Below, one piece after another: positions 27,620-38,159 of a stretch of 64,000 nt of DNA (position 1 is the first letter of the stretch; every line of letters starts with the position of its first letter). The position numbers were made by a program, and so were the translations under genes. The notes beneath the pieces are model-generated. The model saw nothing but the letters and a program-made list of their open reading frames with translations. It was not told where the DNA came from and did not search any database. This DNA comes from Bacillota bacterium (GTDB lineage Bacteria > Bacillota > Dehalobacteriia > UBA4068): assembly GCA_031553915.1 (NCBI GenBank), contig JAVBKT010000002.1, forward strand, positions 148,109-212,108. The letters are read 5' to 3'.

Positions 27620-28155
27620 GCTATATACGCTCTCCCTTTACGCAGATAATCAAACCCTGACCATAGTGTAAGCGCTACCGCAATAATTATGACTATCCAG
27701 CACAAAATATTATAAAACGGCTGCGGCCAAAAAGCCAGGGAATTCAGCAGCAACATAATAACCATAATCATCTGAAAAAGGGTTTTCAGCTTGCCCCATT
27801 TAGAGGCTGCGATAACCTCCCCTTTTTCTACGGCAATCATCCTCATGCCATCAACAATAAAATCACGGCACAGCACCACAATCAACACCCAGGCTGGCAA
27901 GCGCCCCATGGTCACCAGGCAAATCATCGCCACACAGACCAGCATCTTATCTGCCAGAGGGTCAGCAAATTTGCCAAAATTAGTAATCAGTCCCCTGCCG
28001 CGGGCGATATTGCCATCAACCGCGTCGGTAATTGCCGCAATGAAAAAGACGATAGCGCCAAAGATATCTCCGTGGGGAATCGGCGCCAGCACCAAGATGG
28101 CAAAGATCGGTATGAGCGCTATTCTGGCAAGAGTTATTTTATTGGGTAAATTCAT
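27616..28155 (-). CDS. pgsA: CDP-diacylglycerol--glycerol-3-phosphate 3-phosphatidyltransferase
   Basis: 179 aa. CDP-alcohol phosphatidyltransferase motif DAVDGNIARGRGLITNFGKFADPLADK. Confidence 0.9.
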   Translation of the reverse strand: MNLPNKITLARIALIPIFAILVLAPIPHGDIFGAIVFFIAAITDAVDGNIARGRGLITNFGKFADPLADKMLVCVAMICLVTMGRLPAWVLIVVLCRDFIVDGMRMIAVEKGEVIAASKWGKLKTLFQMIMVIMLLLNSLAFWPQPFYNILCWIVIIIAVALTLWSGFDYLRKGRAYIA

Positions 28156-29474
28156 ATCTGTTCTCCGATCAGGTCATATACTTCATGATCAATAATCCTA
28201 ACCTGTACCATATCGCCGATACTGGCGGTCTTAGAATAAAAATAAATCATCCCGTCAACATCCGGGGCCTGAAACTCACTGCGTCCGGCTAACCAGCCCT
28301 CGCCATAAAGCTCCGCCGCAGCATCGGTAACTATCATTGATAACTCTCGGCCGATATAGCCGGCCAGTTTGTCTTCGCTGATCCTGGCTGCCAGCTGCAT
28401 CAAGGCATCAAACCGCTCCTGCTTGATATGTTCTGCCACCTGATCCGGCATCTCCGCGGCCAGAGTATCCTCTTCCTGATAATAGGGGAAGGCTCCCACC
28501 CAGTCGAACTGAGCCTCAGTCATGAAATCAAGCAAAGCGGCAAAATCTGGCTCGCTCTCCCCCGGAAAGCCAACCATTAAGGTGGTGCGCAGCGCAATGT
28601 CCGGCATCGCTGTTCTTAATTTGCCGATGGTAGCGAGAATGCCTGCCTGGGTGTCGGGGCGGTTCATCGCCGCCAGAATATGATCCACACCGTGCTGCAC
28701 CGGCATATCCAGATAGTGGCAGATATTTTTGGCTTTGGCCATCACTTTGATTAGACGATCATCAATACCGTCAGGATAAGCGTAGAGCAAACGTATCATC
28801 ACAAAGGGCAGCTGCGAAAGTTTTTCCAGTAATTCCGCTAAAGCCGGCTGCCCGTAAATATCTCTGCCATAATATGTAGTGTCCTGGGCCAGCAGTACCA
28901 CTTCTTTGACCCCGTTTTGCGCCAGCACTTGCGCCTCTGCGATGATGTCTTCAATTGAGCGGCTGTGATAGGCTCCCCGCAGCTGCGGGATCAGGCAAAA
29001 GGTGCAGCAATTATCACAGCCCTCCGCTATTTTCACATAGGCGCTATCGCCAATGGTCGTAAAATCACGTTGCAGATAAATATTACGCTCTTCCGGCGGG
29101 GCAATATCTCTGGCCAGATGCAGTTTTTCGCTGATCAGCGCGCCGATCTCTTGGTAGCGCCCCACGCCCATCAAGCCGTCGATTTCCGGCATGGATTCTG
29201 CCATCTGCTGCTCGTATTTCTCCGCCATGCAGCCCACCGCCAGCAATAGCTGGCACTGGCCCGTTTGTTTATACTCGGCTAGTTGCAGAATCGTTTCAAT
29301 ACTCTCCATCTTGGCGGATTCGATAAACCCGCAGGTGTTGACAATTATCACTTCAGCAATATCCGGCTGATCGACAATCAGAAATTTCTCTTTTTTCAGC
29401 ACCCCGCACATCAGCTCGCTGTCCACTAAATTTTTAGAACAGCCCAGAGAATACAGATATACTTTTACTGTCAT
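28152..29474 (-). CDS. rimO: Ribosomal protein S12 methylthiotransferase
   Basis: 440 aa. MTTase N-domain (VYLYSLGCSKNLVDSE), radical-SAM CxxxCxxC (GCDNCCTFC), and a TRAM domain. Confidence 0.9.
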   Translation of the reverse strand: MTVKVYLYSLGCSKNLVDSELMCGVLKKEKFLIVDQPDIAEVIIVNTCGFIESAKMESIETILQLAEYKQTGQCQLLLAVGCMAEKYEQQMAESMPEIDGLMGVGRYQEIGALISEKLHLARDIAPPEERNIYLQRDFTTIGDSAYVKIAEGCDNCCTFCLIPQLRGAYHSRSIEDIIAEAQVLAQNGVKEVVLLAQDTTYYGRDIYGQPALAELLEKLSQLPFVMIRLLYAYPDGIDDRLIKVMAKAKNICHYLDMPVQHGVDHILAAMNRPDTQAGILATIGKLRTAMPDIALRTTLMVGFPGESEPDFAALLDFMTEAQFDWVGAFPYYQEEDTLAAEMPDQVAEHIKQERFDALMQLAARISEDKLAGYIGRELSMIVTDAAAELYGEGWLAGRSEFQAPDVDGMIYFYSKTASIGDMVQVRIIDHEVYDLIGEQI

Positions 29475-29498
29475 ATAATTATCCTTTGGCCTTAACGT

Positions 29499-31889
29499 TT
29501 ATCCGTATTTTTCTTCAAAATCGCCGATGTCCAGCAAAACTTCGCGCGGTTTGCTGCCGTTGGGCCCGCCGACCACGCCTTCACTCTCCAGCATATCCAT
29601 AATGCGGGCCGCCCGTGGGTTGCCGATAGACAAGCGGCGCTGCAAAAAGCTGGTAGAGGCCTGTCCGGTATTGATAATCAACATGCCCGCTTCATAGAAA
29701 AGGTCATCCAAATCATCCAGGGGGCTGCCATTGGTAACTCCGCTCACAGCAGCTGCTACCGCATGCTCGGAGAAGGCAGGCATCGCCTGCTCTGCACAAT
29801 ATTCGGTCAGGCGGGCCACATCCCGCTCGCCGATAAAGGTGCCTTGAATGCGGATCGGTTTGCTGTTGCCTACCGGGTCAAAAAGCATATCTCCTTTGCC
29901 CAGCAGCTTTTCGGCGCCGCCGGTATCAAGAATAGTGCGGCTATCCACCGGAGAGCTGACAGTAAAAGCAATGCGCGAGGGGATATTGGCCTTGATCAGG
30001 CCGGTAATCACATCCACAGACGGCCGCTGCGTAGCCACCACCAGATGAATGCCTGCGGCGCGGGCCAACTGGGCAATGCGGCAGATACTGTCTTCGACAT
30101 CATGCCTGGCCACCATCATCAAATCAGCCAATTCATCGATAATCACCACCACCTTGGGCAGCGGATCATCAAGCTTGATCAGGTTATAGCCGGCAATATC
30201 CTTAACCCCCGCACCGGCAAACAAGGTATAGCGGGTTTCCATCTCATTGACCACCCACTTCAGCGCATTGGACGCCTTTTTGCTGTCAGTAATCACTGGA
30301 GCGATCAAATGCGGCAAATTGACATAAGCGGTAAGCTCTACCTTTTTGGGGTCAATCAGCATCAATTTCACTTCATCCGGGGTGGCTTTATAAAGAATAG
30401 AGCAGATAATCGTGTTGACGCAAATACTTTTACCGCTGCCGGTAGTACCGGCAATCAGCAGATGCGGCATCTTGGTTAAATCAGCCACCACGCATTCGCC
30501 GCCGATATTTTTGCCCAAGGCCACGCTCAGCTTGCTTTCTGCTTTTTGAAAGTTTTCATTTTCTATCATTTCCCGGAAATAGACAACATCCACTTCCTGG
30601 CGGGCCACCTCAATGCCAATCGCGCTTTTGCCCGGAATCGGCGCTTCAATGCGCACTGACTGCGCTGCCAAAGATAAGGCAATATCATCAGACAAGCTGG
30701 TAATGCGGGCCACCTTTACGCCCGGCGCAGGTTGCAGCTCATAGCGGGTCACAGCCGGACCGGCTACCACCTGGGTAACCGTTGCCTTAACGCCGAAGTT
30801 AGCCAAAGTTGTTTCCAAAACGCCAATCTTATCGGTGATCAGCTTGTTCAAACGTGGATTTCTGACCTTAATCCCGGATTCAATCAAATCTATCGGAGGG
30901 AGCCGGTATTCTTTGGTGGAATGCTCCAGCGGCGCAAACATGTCATCGCTGGCATCCTCGGGCTTATCTTCTATGCTATTCCCTGATGGAGCGGCAGAAC
31001 GTGCGCCAGCAACGCCTGCTTTGATATCACTTTTGATCTGTTCGTTTTCTCCCTCATCGTTATCACTAAGCGTTGTGGGATCCAGCCCGGTAATGCTGGG
31101 CATGAAATCACGCACAAAGGGTGTTTCCGGCGGCGGGATATAGCTGCTCATCGGCTCCGGCTCCGTGATCAGCGGCGGGTCGTCCGGCGTGATGATCAGC
31201 GGTTTCTTTCTTGTCTTTGGCTCAGACATTTCAATAGTCTGCGGCCGGTTTTGTTCCGAATTATCAAAATTCAGCACTGCTTTGAGACGCATAAACCCTT
31301 TGCCGATAGCAGCAAAAACCTGCTTAAGCGAGGTTTGGAAGGCCAAAAGCAAACCAATAATTAACAGAGCCACCAAGACTACAACCGCACCTATATGGCC
31401 GATTGTTTTCAGCAAAGCAAAATCAAGCAGAGCGCCCAGCAAACCGCCGCCAACCCCGCTTGTTGCGACATTTATGTATTCCTTAAAAGGCAAAAGCTCA
31501 TGAGAAAGGTGCAAAAAACCCAGTATCGCTACAAACATGATGCTCAGCCCAAATAAGCGGCCTTTATTATTACGCTGATTGCGTCCGGCGCAAATCAGCA
31601 CGCCAAATATGCCAAGAAAGATTGGCAGAGAAATAGCGCCGCTGCCGGCGAGGAAACGCAAGCATTTAATAAAAAACAGGCTTACTACGCCAAAGGCATT
31701 GATTTCCGGCTCATTGACATCTGGGGCCAGGATAAAGTTAAGCAGCAGCAATACTGCTGCGGCAATCACAATAATACCGACAATCTCTTTATTGCGCACA
31801 ATATCCTGCTCATTTTGGACGCTATGAGAACGGCTGCCGCTCTTTTTGGGCGCAGCGCGTTTTGGCGTAGATTTCTTCTTGGCTGGCAT
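29499..31889 (-). CDS. ftsK: DNA translocase FtsK/SpoIIIE
   Basis: 796 aa. N-terminal TM helices, linker, motor domain (HLLIAGTTGSGKS, VVIIDELADLMM), and a C-terminal gamma domain. Confidence 0.9.
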   Translation of the reverse strand: MPAKKKSTPKRAAPKKSGSRSHSVQNEQDIVRNKEIVGIIVIAAAVLLLLNFILAPDVNEPEINAFGVVSLFFIKCLRFLAGSGAISLPIFLGIFGVLICAGRNQRNNKGRLFGLSIMFVAILGFLHLSHELLPFKEYINVATSGVGGGLLGALLDFALLKTIGHIGAVVVLVALLIIGLLLAFQTSLKQVFAAIGKGFMRLKAVLNFDNSEQNRPQTIEMSEPKTRKKPLIITPDDPPLITEPEPMSSYIPPPETPFVRDFMPSITGLDPTTLSDNDEGENEQIKSDIKAGVAGARSAAPSGNSIEDKPEDASDDMFAPLEHSTKEYRLPPIDLIESGIKVRNPRLNKLITDKIGVLETTLANFGVKATVTQVVAGPAVTRYELQPAPGVKVARITSLSDDIALSLAAQSVRIEAPIPGKSAIGIEVARQEVDVVYFREMIENENFQKAESKLSVALGKNIGGECVVADLTKMPHLLIAGTTGSGKSICVNTIICSILYKATPDEVKLMLIDPKKVELTAYVNLPHLIAPVITDSKKASNALKWVVNEMETRYTLFAGAGVKDIAGYNLIKLDDPLPKVVVIIDELADLMMVARHDVEDSICRIAQLARAAGIHLVVATQRPSVDVITGLIKANIPSRIAFTVSSPVDSRTILDTGGAEKLLGKGDMLFDPVGNSKPIRIQGTFIGERDVARLTEYCAEQAMPAFSEHAVAAAVSGVTNGSPLDDLDDLFYEAGMLIINTGQASTSFLQRRLSIGNPRAARIMDMLESEGVVGGPNGSKPREVLLDIGDFEEKYG

Positions 31890-31934
31890 AAAGTTACCTC
31901 TTTTGCAGTTTTGACTTAGTTTATTTCCATACGG

Positions 31935-32708
31935 CTAAACAAAAATCCTGCTTATCAATACTGCAACAGCCACAATCCACACATAAAACGAGAAGTATTT
32001 CATCGACTTATTCTCGAGCAAACGCAAAAATATCCTGATGGCAAAATAACCGGAGAGCGCGGCCACTGCTGCGCCGGCAAAATAAGTCCACTCAATAACC
32101 AAATCCCCGGTGTTGGCCCCGCCGATAATTTCTTTGAGGGCTGCGCCTAGAATAACAGGGATGGAGATCAGAAAAGAAAAGCGGGCAGCGTCTTTTCTGG
32201 TTAATCCGCAGAGCAGGGAGCCAAAAATGGTTGAGCCGCTGCGGGAAAGCCCGGGAGTAATTGCCACCCCTTGAAAAGCGCCAATAATCAGCGCATGGCC
32301 AAAGGACATATCCTCTACTGTCTTGGTGCCGCTAAAGCGGTCGCTGATAAACAGCAAAATACCGGTAACAAATAAGGCAATGGCGACGACGGTTAAAGAC
32401 TGGAACATGGCGCCAAATAAATCATCGAGGAAAAAGCCCATCAAAGCAGCTGGAATACAGCCGATAATGATCAGCCCGGTAAAACGCTGGAATGGGTGCA
32501 TCAGCAGAGCCTTAATATCCTTCCAGAAGGCAACAAAGACAGCGACCAAAGTACCTAGATGCACAAAAATGTCAAAAACAAGAACATCAGCAGTGATGCC
32601 AAAAAGGGATTGCGCTATCACCAAATGCCCGGATGAAGACACCGGCAAAAACTCGGTTAAGCCCTGAACCAGTCCTAAAATTATTGCTTCCCAAAAAGAA
32701 ATAGTCAT
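31935..32708 (-). CDS. uppP: Undecaprenyl-diphosphate phosphatase
   Basis: 257 aa from MTISFWEAIILGLVQGLTEFLPVSSSGHL, the BacA/UppP signature. The upstream TTG-initiated extension was rejected. Confidence 0.9.
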   Translation of the reverse strand: MTISFWEAIILGLVQGLTEFLPVSSSGHLVIAQSLFGITADVLVFDIFVHLGTLVAVFVAFWKDIKALLMHPFQRFTGLIIIGCIPAALMGFFLDDLFGAMFQSLTVVAIALFVTGILLFISDRFSGTKTVEDMSFGHALIIGAFQGVAITPGLSRSGSTIFGSLLCGLTRKDAARFSFLISIPVILGAALKEIIGGANTGDLVIEWTYFAGAAVAALSGYFAIRIFLRLLENKSMKYFSFYVWIVAVAVLISRIFV

Positions 32709-32769
32709 ATAAGAAATACTCCTCCCTTCACACTCAAATATTGTAGCGCAAAAGGAGGATAAAAACAAG

Positions 32770-32991
32770 TCATGCCTGTCCCTTAATATCGATCAAACTG
32801 CCGGGCGCAAAATTGCTTTTAAGATAATCAGCCGGGTCAGTAGAAAGCAGAGAAACGATTTCTGCCTCCCCCTGCTGATGGCTGCGAACGACCAGCCTAC
32901 AGCCCTGATATTCCACTATGCGCAAGGGCTCGGCAGCCGCATCAGTCTCTGTTGCGAAGATCACGCTTTCTGGTATGATGCTCCAAATCAC
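32770..32991 (-). CDS. ylzJ: YlzJ-like sporulation protein
   Basis: 73 aa. Lies just downstream of tepA and overlaps it, as in Bacillus. Family assignment rests on that context plus weak sequence recall. Confidence 0.55.
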   Translation of the reverse strand: MIWSIIPESVIFATETDAAAEPLRIVEYQGCRLVVRSHQQGEAEIVSLLSTDPADYLKSNFAPGSLIDIKGQA

Positions 32992-33781
32992 GTCTTCTCG
33001 CCTCCTTTTGCGGCAAAGCTGATTTTTCTGTGACAGTTTCGCCCGGGTTCTCTTTAGCGCTAATTTGCTGCTTCAGATAGGCCAGAGCTTTATCCAGCCC
33101 GCCCACCTCATCTATCAGGCCGCAATCAACCGCGCCCTTGCCCACAACCACCGTGCCTACATCACGCGCCAGCTCTCCTGTTGTCATCATCATCCGCTTA
33201 AACTCACGCGTAGAGACATGAGAGTGCTCTGTGACAAATTTTATCACCCGGTCCTGCATCTTTTCCAGATAATCAAAAGACTGCTGCACCCCCACAACCA
33301 TGCCGGTGAGGCGGATCGGGTGAATGGTCATGGTGGCTGTTGAGGCGATAAAGCTGCGGTCAGCGGCAACAGCAATCGGGCCGCCAATACTATGGCCTCC
33401 GCCCAGCACCAAAGAAACTGTTGGCTTGCTCATGCTGGCAATAATTTCGGCAATAGCCAGGCCCGCCTCCACATCACCGCCGACAGTGTTTAAGATAACC
33501 ATCAGCCCTTTGATATCCGGACTCTGCTCCACTGCTACCAATTGCGGAATAATATGCTCATACTTGGTCGCCTTATTTTGGCTGGGCATCACCAGATGCC
33601 CTTCTACCTGGCCAATAATAGTGATAACATGAATATCGCTTATCATTTTCGGCAGCATTAATTCGCCATAATTTGCCAGAATATCCTCGGGATTGGCTTG
33701 TCCGGTATCATTTTCGTCATTTGGTTCATTATCCGGGGTCAGATCAGGATTAATTTCATTGCTAAAAACAGGTATATCCAT
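32942..33781 (-). CDS. tepA: ClpP-like translocation-enhancing protease TepA (YmfB)
   Basis: 279 aa ClpP/crotonase-like ([10 protein letters not shown]..., [33 protein letters not shown]). The acidic N-terminus and basic C-terminus overlap ylzJ by 50 nt. Confidence 0.75.
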   Translation of the reverse strand: MDIPVFSNEINPDLTPDNEPNDENDTGQANPEDILANYGELMLPKMISDIHVITIIGQVEGHLVMPSQNKATKYEHIIPQLVAVEQSPDIKGLMVILNTVGGDVEAGLAIAEIIASMSKPTVSLVLGGGHSIGGPIAVAADRSFIASTATMTIHPIRLTGMVVGVQQSFDYLEKMQDRVIKFVTEHSHVSTREFKRMMMTTGELARDVGTVVVGKGAVDCGLIDEVGGLDKALAYLKQQISAKENPGETVTEKSALPQKEARRRDLEHHTRKRDLRNRD

Positions 33782-33825
33782 AAAGAAAATGAGCCTCCTT
33801 TTGGCGGCTCATTTAAATTGCACCT

Positions 33826-35952
33826 TTAAATCTCGCAGATAACGGCCATGATCACCGGGCGGCGGCCGGTCCTTTCCACAACATAGCGGGAAAGAACGCT
33901 GCGCATTTGATTGCGCAAATCATGAAGATTACCATCAGCGAGCTTTTCAGGTGTACAAATTGCCACCACTTTTTCTTTCATCTCACTGATAATATGCTCA
34001 TATTCCTTCTCAAATATGAATCCACGCGAGTAAATCTCCGGCCCGGATAAAATGCGCGGTTTCTTTTGCTTGGTATAAATCATCGAAAGCACAATTACTC
34101 CGCTCTCCGAAAGCAGCCGTCTTTCTTTCAAGACCTTGCTGCCGACATCACCGACGCCCAGACCGTCAATCAAGACCCTGCCGCTGGTCACAGTGCCATT
34201 GACACGGCAGCGGCGGCGGGAAAGCTCCAAAACCTGGCCGTTTTCCAAAACCAGCGTATCTTCTGCCGGCATGCCCAATTGCTGAGCCAGCATCGCGTGC
34301 TTATAAAGCATTCTGTATTCACCATGCACCGGCATAAAGAACCGCGGTTTCACCATGTTAATCAGCATTTTCAGCTCTTCTTTGGAAGCATGTCCGGAAA
34401 CATGAATTTTCTCATTGCGTTCATGAATAACCGTGGCTCCCAAGCGGAACAGATTATCTACTGTTTTGGCTACAGTGCGCTCATTGCCCGGAATCGGCGT
34501 AGCGGAAATAACCACTGTATCGCCTGGCATAATCTGCACCTGATGATGGTCGTTGCCGGCCATCCTCGTCAGGCCGCTTAAGGGTTCGCCCTGTGAGCCG
34601 GTAGTGACCACAACCACTTTATCCGCGGGGAGATTATTTATTTGATCAATATCAATCACCAATCCGGGCGGTATATCCAAATAGCCTAAAGAGCCGGCTA
34701 CCGCCAGCATATTCTGCATACCGCGGCCAACAAAGGCTACCTGGCGCTCCGTTCGTTGGGCAGCCCAAAGAACCTGCTGCACCCGGTGTACATGTGAGGC
34801 GAAGCTGGTGACGATAATGCGGCCTTTGGCGGAATAAAATATCCGCTCAATGCTATAGCCGACAGTACGCTCGCTTTCGGAAAAGCCCTCTTTTTCGACA
34901 TTGGTGCTGTCAGAAAGCAGCAGCAAAACACCTTTTTCACCCAAGGCTGAAATGCGTCCAAAATCCATGAATTCACCGTCAATTGGCGACATGTCCATCT
35001 TAAAGTCAGATACCACCATAACGGTGCCAATAGGAGTATGGATTGCCATACCCATCGAATCAGGAATGCTATGCGTCAAACGGAAAAACTCTACCTTAAA
35101 AGGCCCGATATTCACTGTCTCGCGTGGTTTGACCTGCTGTAAATCCGCATCTATTCTGCCTTCGGTCAATTTGCCCTTCAGCAGGCCCAGGGTCAAGGTT
35201 GAGCCGTAAACCGGCGCTTTGATATCCTTTAACACATAGGGCAAAGCGCCGATATGGTCTTCGTGTCCATGCGTAATGCAAAAGGCCAGTACATTGTCTC
35301 TATTCTCTACCAAATAGCTGTAATCTGGAATAACCAGATCAATACCATACATCCCCTCTTCCGGAAAAGAGAGCCCGCCGTCGACGACGATAATATCTTC
35401 GCCATATTGGATTACCGTCATATTTTTGCCGATTTCGCCCAAACCGCCTAAAGGAATAACTTTCAGCTTATATTCCTGGCTGGATATCTTATTATTATTG
35501 ATCGTCTGGCGAAATTTTTCCGGTGCTGCGGCTAAAGGATTAGCAATAAAAAATTGCGAGGACGAAAACTGATCCTCTTCTTTATCATGGTTGATCAGTA
35601 CTTTTTTGGTTGGTTTACGTTTTTTTGCCGGCTTATCGCCGGTATCATTGTGCTTGGGCGCAACTCTCTTGGGGTTGCTTTGCGCCTGCGCGGGGGAAGA
35701 CGTTTGTTTTGGCTTGTCCTCACTGCGCGGAGCAGAAGATTTGTGGCGTTTGTACGGACGCACCTGCGCTTTGCTCTCCGGTTCAGCAGTCTTGGTGCTG
35801 CCCGGCTGCTCGGCCGTAGGCTTGTCCGCAACCAGCATTTTTTCAATGGCACGGTTAACCATCACGTCTACGCCTTTAATCTTTTCTTTTCTGCTAATAG
35901 TTATTTCGCTACTTCTCTCCTTTTTTGTAGAATTATTATTCTCGTCTGTCAT
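33826..35952 (-). CDS. rnj: Ribonuclease J with an unusual ~155 aa Lys/Pro/Ser-rich N-terminal extension
   Basis: 708 aa. Metallo-beta-lactamase/beta-CASP core starts at KLKVIPLGGLGEIGKNM and includes HGHEDHIGALP. It is preceded by a low-complexity basic region. RBS AGGAG lies 7 nt before the ATG at 35952. Confidence 0.9.
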   Translation of the reverse strand: MTDENNNSTKKERSSEITISRKEKIKGVDVMVNRAIEKMLVADKPTAEQPGSTKTAEPESKAQVRPYKRHKSSAPRSEDKPKQTSSPAQAQSNPKRVAPKHNDTGDKPAKKRKPTKKVLINHDKEEDQFSSSQFFIANPLAAAPEKFRQTINNNKISSQEYKLKVIPLGGLGEIGKNMTVIQYGEDIIVVDGGLSFPEEGMYGIDLVIPDYSYLVENRDNVLAFCITHGHEDHIGALPYVLKDIKAPVYGSTLTLGLLKGKLTEGRIDADLQQVKPRETVNIGPFKVEFFRLTHSIPDSMGMAIHTPIGTVMVVSDFKMDMSPIDGEFMDFGRISALGEKGVLLLLSDSTNVEKEGFSESERTVGYSIERIFYSAKGRIIVTSFASHVHRVQQVLWAAQRTERQVAFVGRGMQNMLAVAGSLGYLDIPPGLVIDIDQINNLPADKVVVVTTGSQGEPLSGLTRMAGNDHHQVQIMPGDTVVISATPIPGNERTVAKTVDNLFRLGATVIHERNEKIHVSGHASKEELKMLINMVKPRFFMPVHGEYRMLYKHAMLAQQLGMPAEDTLVLENGQVLELSRRRCRVNGTVTSGRVLIDGLGVGDVGSKVLKERRLLSESGVIVLSMIYTKQKKPRILSGPEIYSRGFIFEKEYEHIISEMKEKVVAICTPEKLADGNLHDLRNQMRSVLSRYVVERTGRRPVIMAVICEI

Positions 35953-36139
35953 AAAAATCTCCTATTCTTTTCTGTCCATTAGACACAAGCAAATTAGCAC
36001 TATGAAAGAATGCTCTTTCCAGTGCTTCTTGGTTTATGTAATAGCTCTGTTTTTATCTTCTTTTATAAATTCTTCCCTTTTTTCTAAAAGGTAAACTAAA
36101 CAATAATAAGCCATCCCTAATGGCTAAATAATAAATACC

Positions 36140-37021
36140 TTAAAGCAGGCCAATATCTTGCAACATTTGATCAAGTATTGCCGCGTGCTCGGCGCTAACC
36201 TTAGTTAAAGGCAGACGGCAAGGGCCGGCCGGTAAACCAACACGGTTCAAGCAATATTTAAGCGGTAAGGGGCTGCTGCAAATAAACAGCTTGCGAAACA
36301 CCTGGTAACTAGCCAAATGCAGCTCCATCGCACGTTCAGTATCTTTTTCTTCAAAAGCCGTGACCATTTCCTGGATGGCATCGCCGATCAAATGGCTGGC
36401 CACGCTGATCACACCGCAAGCGCCCAAAGAAAGCATCGGCAAGGTCAGGCTATCATCGCCGCAGTAAATCATAAACTGAGGATCATCTATCTGCAAGCGA
36501 ATCTGGCTCACCTGTTCCAGGTTGCCGGAGGCCTCTTTAACCGCCACAATATTGTCTATTTGCGAAAGAGAGGCTACTGTAGCCGGCTCCAGATTAACAC
36601 TGGTACGGCCGGGCACATTATACAAAATAACCGGCAAACTAACTGTTTGAGCGATAGCCTGATAATGGGCATAGAGACCGTCTTGCGGCGGTTTATTATA
36701 GTATGGGGTTACTGCCAGAATGGCGTCCACACCCATAGACTCGGCTTTTTTGGTCAGCTGGATGGATGAGGCTGTATCATAAGAAGAGGTACCGGCAATC
36801 AGCGCTGCTTTGCCTTTGGTCACCTCGCGGACAGCGGCAAATAGCTTGAGCTTTTCTTCATCAGTAAGCGTGGGGCTCTCGCCGGTTGTCCCGCTGACAA
36901 CCAGGGCGTCAGAGCCATGACTAAGAAGATAGGCTGCCAATTCCTGCGCCTGATCATAATTAATGCTGAGATCATCGTTAAAAGGTGTAGCCATTGCGGT
37001 GATAACTCTGCCAAAATCCAT
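36140..37021 (-). CDS. dapA: 4-hydroxy-tetrahydrodipicolinate synthase
   Basis: 293 aa. ITAMATPF, VSGTTGESPTLT, and the DapA active-site region. Confidence 0.9.
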   Translation of the reverse strand: MDFGRVITAMATPFNDDLSINYDQAQELAAYLLSHGSDALVVSGTTGESPTLTDEEKLKLFAAVREVTKGKAALIAGTSSYDTASSIQLTKKAESMGVDAILAVTPYYNKPPQDGLYAHYQAIAQTVSLPVILYNVPGRTSVNLEPATVASLSQIDNIVAVKEASGNLEQVSQIRLQIDDPQFMIYCGDDSLTLPMLSLGACGVISVASHLIGDAIQEMVTAFEEKDTERAMELHLASYQVFRKLFICSSPLPLKYCLNRVGLPAGPCRLPLTKVSAEHAAILDQMLQDIGLL

Positions 37022-37076
37022 TGTTTATGCTCCTTTCGGGCCCATGCATACCCATTAAGCTTGTCGGGTATTTTGT

Positions 37077-38090
37077 TTAGACAAGACCTTCTTTGATCAA
37101 AAGCTCAGCGATTTGAACGGTATTGGTTGCCGCGCCTTTTCTAATCTGGTCAGCAGCAATAAAAAGGGCCAAACCATTGCCTTCGCAAGAAATGTCCTTA
37201 CGAATACGCCCGACATAAACATCATCGGTATTACTGGAAAAAAGCGGCATCGGATATTTGCCGTTACCCGGATCATCAACCACAACCACGCCGGGAGCCT
37301 TGGCTAAAACAGCGCGGGCTTCGTCAGCGGAAAGCGGTTTTTCGGTTTCGATATTAATCGATTCACTATGGCTGCGGTATACCGGAACGCGAACAGCTGT
37401 AGCCGCAACCTTCAGGTTTGGATCATGGAACATTTTTTGTGTTTCCCAGGTCATTTTCATTTCTTCTTTATAATAGTCATCATCCTTCAAAACATCAATT
37501 TGCGGGATGACATTAAAGGCGATTTGATATTTAAAAACATCTACTGTAGCTGGTTTGCCTTCTACAATATCTTTGGTCTGCTGTTCCAGCTCAGCAATGC
37601 CCGGCAGGCCAATGCCAGAGACGGCCTGATAGGTGGAGACGACAATTCTTGTAATTTTTGCCGCATCATGAAGCGGCTTCAAGGCGGTAACCATGATAAT
37701 AGTAGAGCAATTGGGGTTGGCGATGATGCCTTTATGCCAACGCACATCTTCCGGATTAACCTCCGGCACAACGAGCGGCACATCATCATCATAGCGGTAG
37801 GTACTGCTGTTATCCACAACAATAGCGCCTGCTGCCACAGCAGCGGGGCCAAAGGTCTTGCTGGCGCTGCCGCCGGCAAAAAGGGCAATATCTATACCAT
37901 CAAAGCTATCAGCAGTGGTTTCGGCAACTGTATATTCTTGGCCCTGATAGGCAATTTTTTTACCGGCGGAACGCTCGGTAGCCAAAAGGCGCAACTCGCC
38001 TATCGGGAAATTACGCTCGGCCAAAATTTTCAACAGCTCATGCCCAACAGCGCCGCTGGCGCCAACGATAGCAATATTATAAGTCTTCAT
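37077..38090 (-). CDS. asd: Aspartate-semialdehyde dehydrogenase
   Basis: 337 aa. IAIVGASGAVG NAD-binding motif and catalytic NPNCSTI. Confidence 0.95.
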   Translation of the reverse strand: MKTYNIAIVGASGAVGHELLKILAERNFPIGELRLLATERSAGKKIAYQGQEYTVAETTADSFDGIDIALFAGGSASKTFGPAAVAAGAIVVDNSSTYRYDDDVPLVVPEVNPEDVRWHKGIIANPNCSTIIMVTALKPLHDAAKITRIVVSTYQAVSGIGLPGIAELEQQTKDIVEGKPATVDVFKYQIAFNVIPQIDVLKDDDYYKEEMKMTWETQKMFHDPNLKVAATAVRVPVYRSHSESINIETEKPLSADEARAVLAKAPGVVVVDDPGNGKYPMPLFSSNTDDVYVGRIRKDISCEGNGLALFIAADQIRKGAATNTVQIAELLIKEGLV

Positions 38091-38159
38091 CGAAATTCCC
38101 TCCGTTAGTATACTTGTAAAGCAACAATGACATACAAGTGTTAATTTACATTATACTAC

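Noticed and set aside
32709-32768. TTG-initiated N-terminal extension of uppP
   Set aside because: The BacA/UppP consensus N-terminus begins at MTISFWEAII, and GGAGG precedes that ATG.
37368-38108. 246 aa plus-strand ORF antisense to asd
   Set aside because: Spurious. asd on the minus strand is highly conserved.
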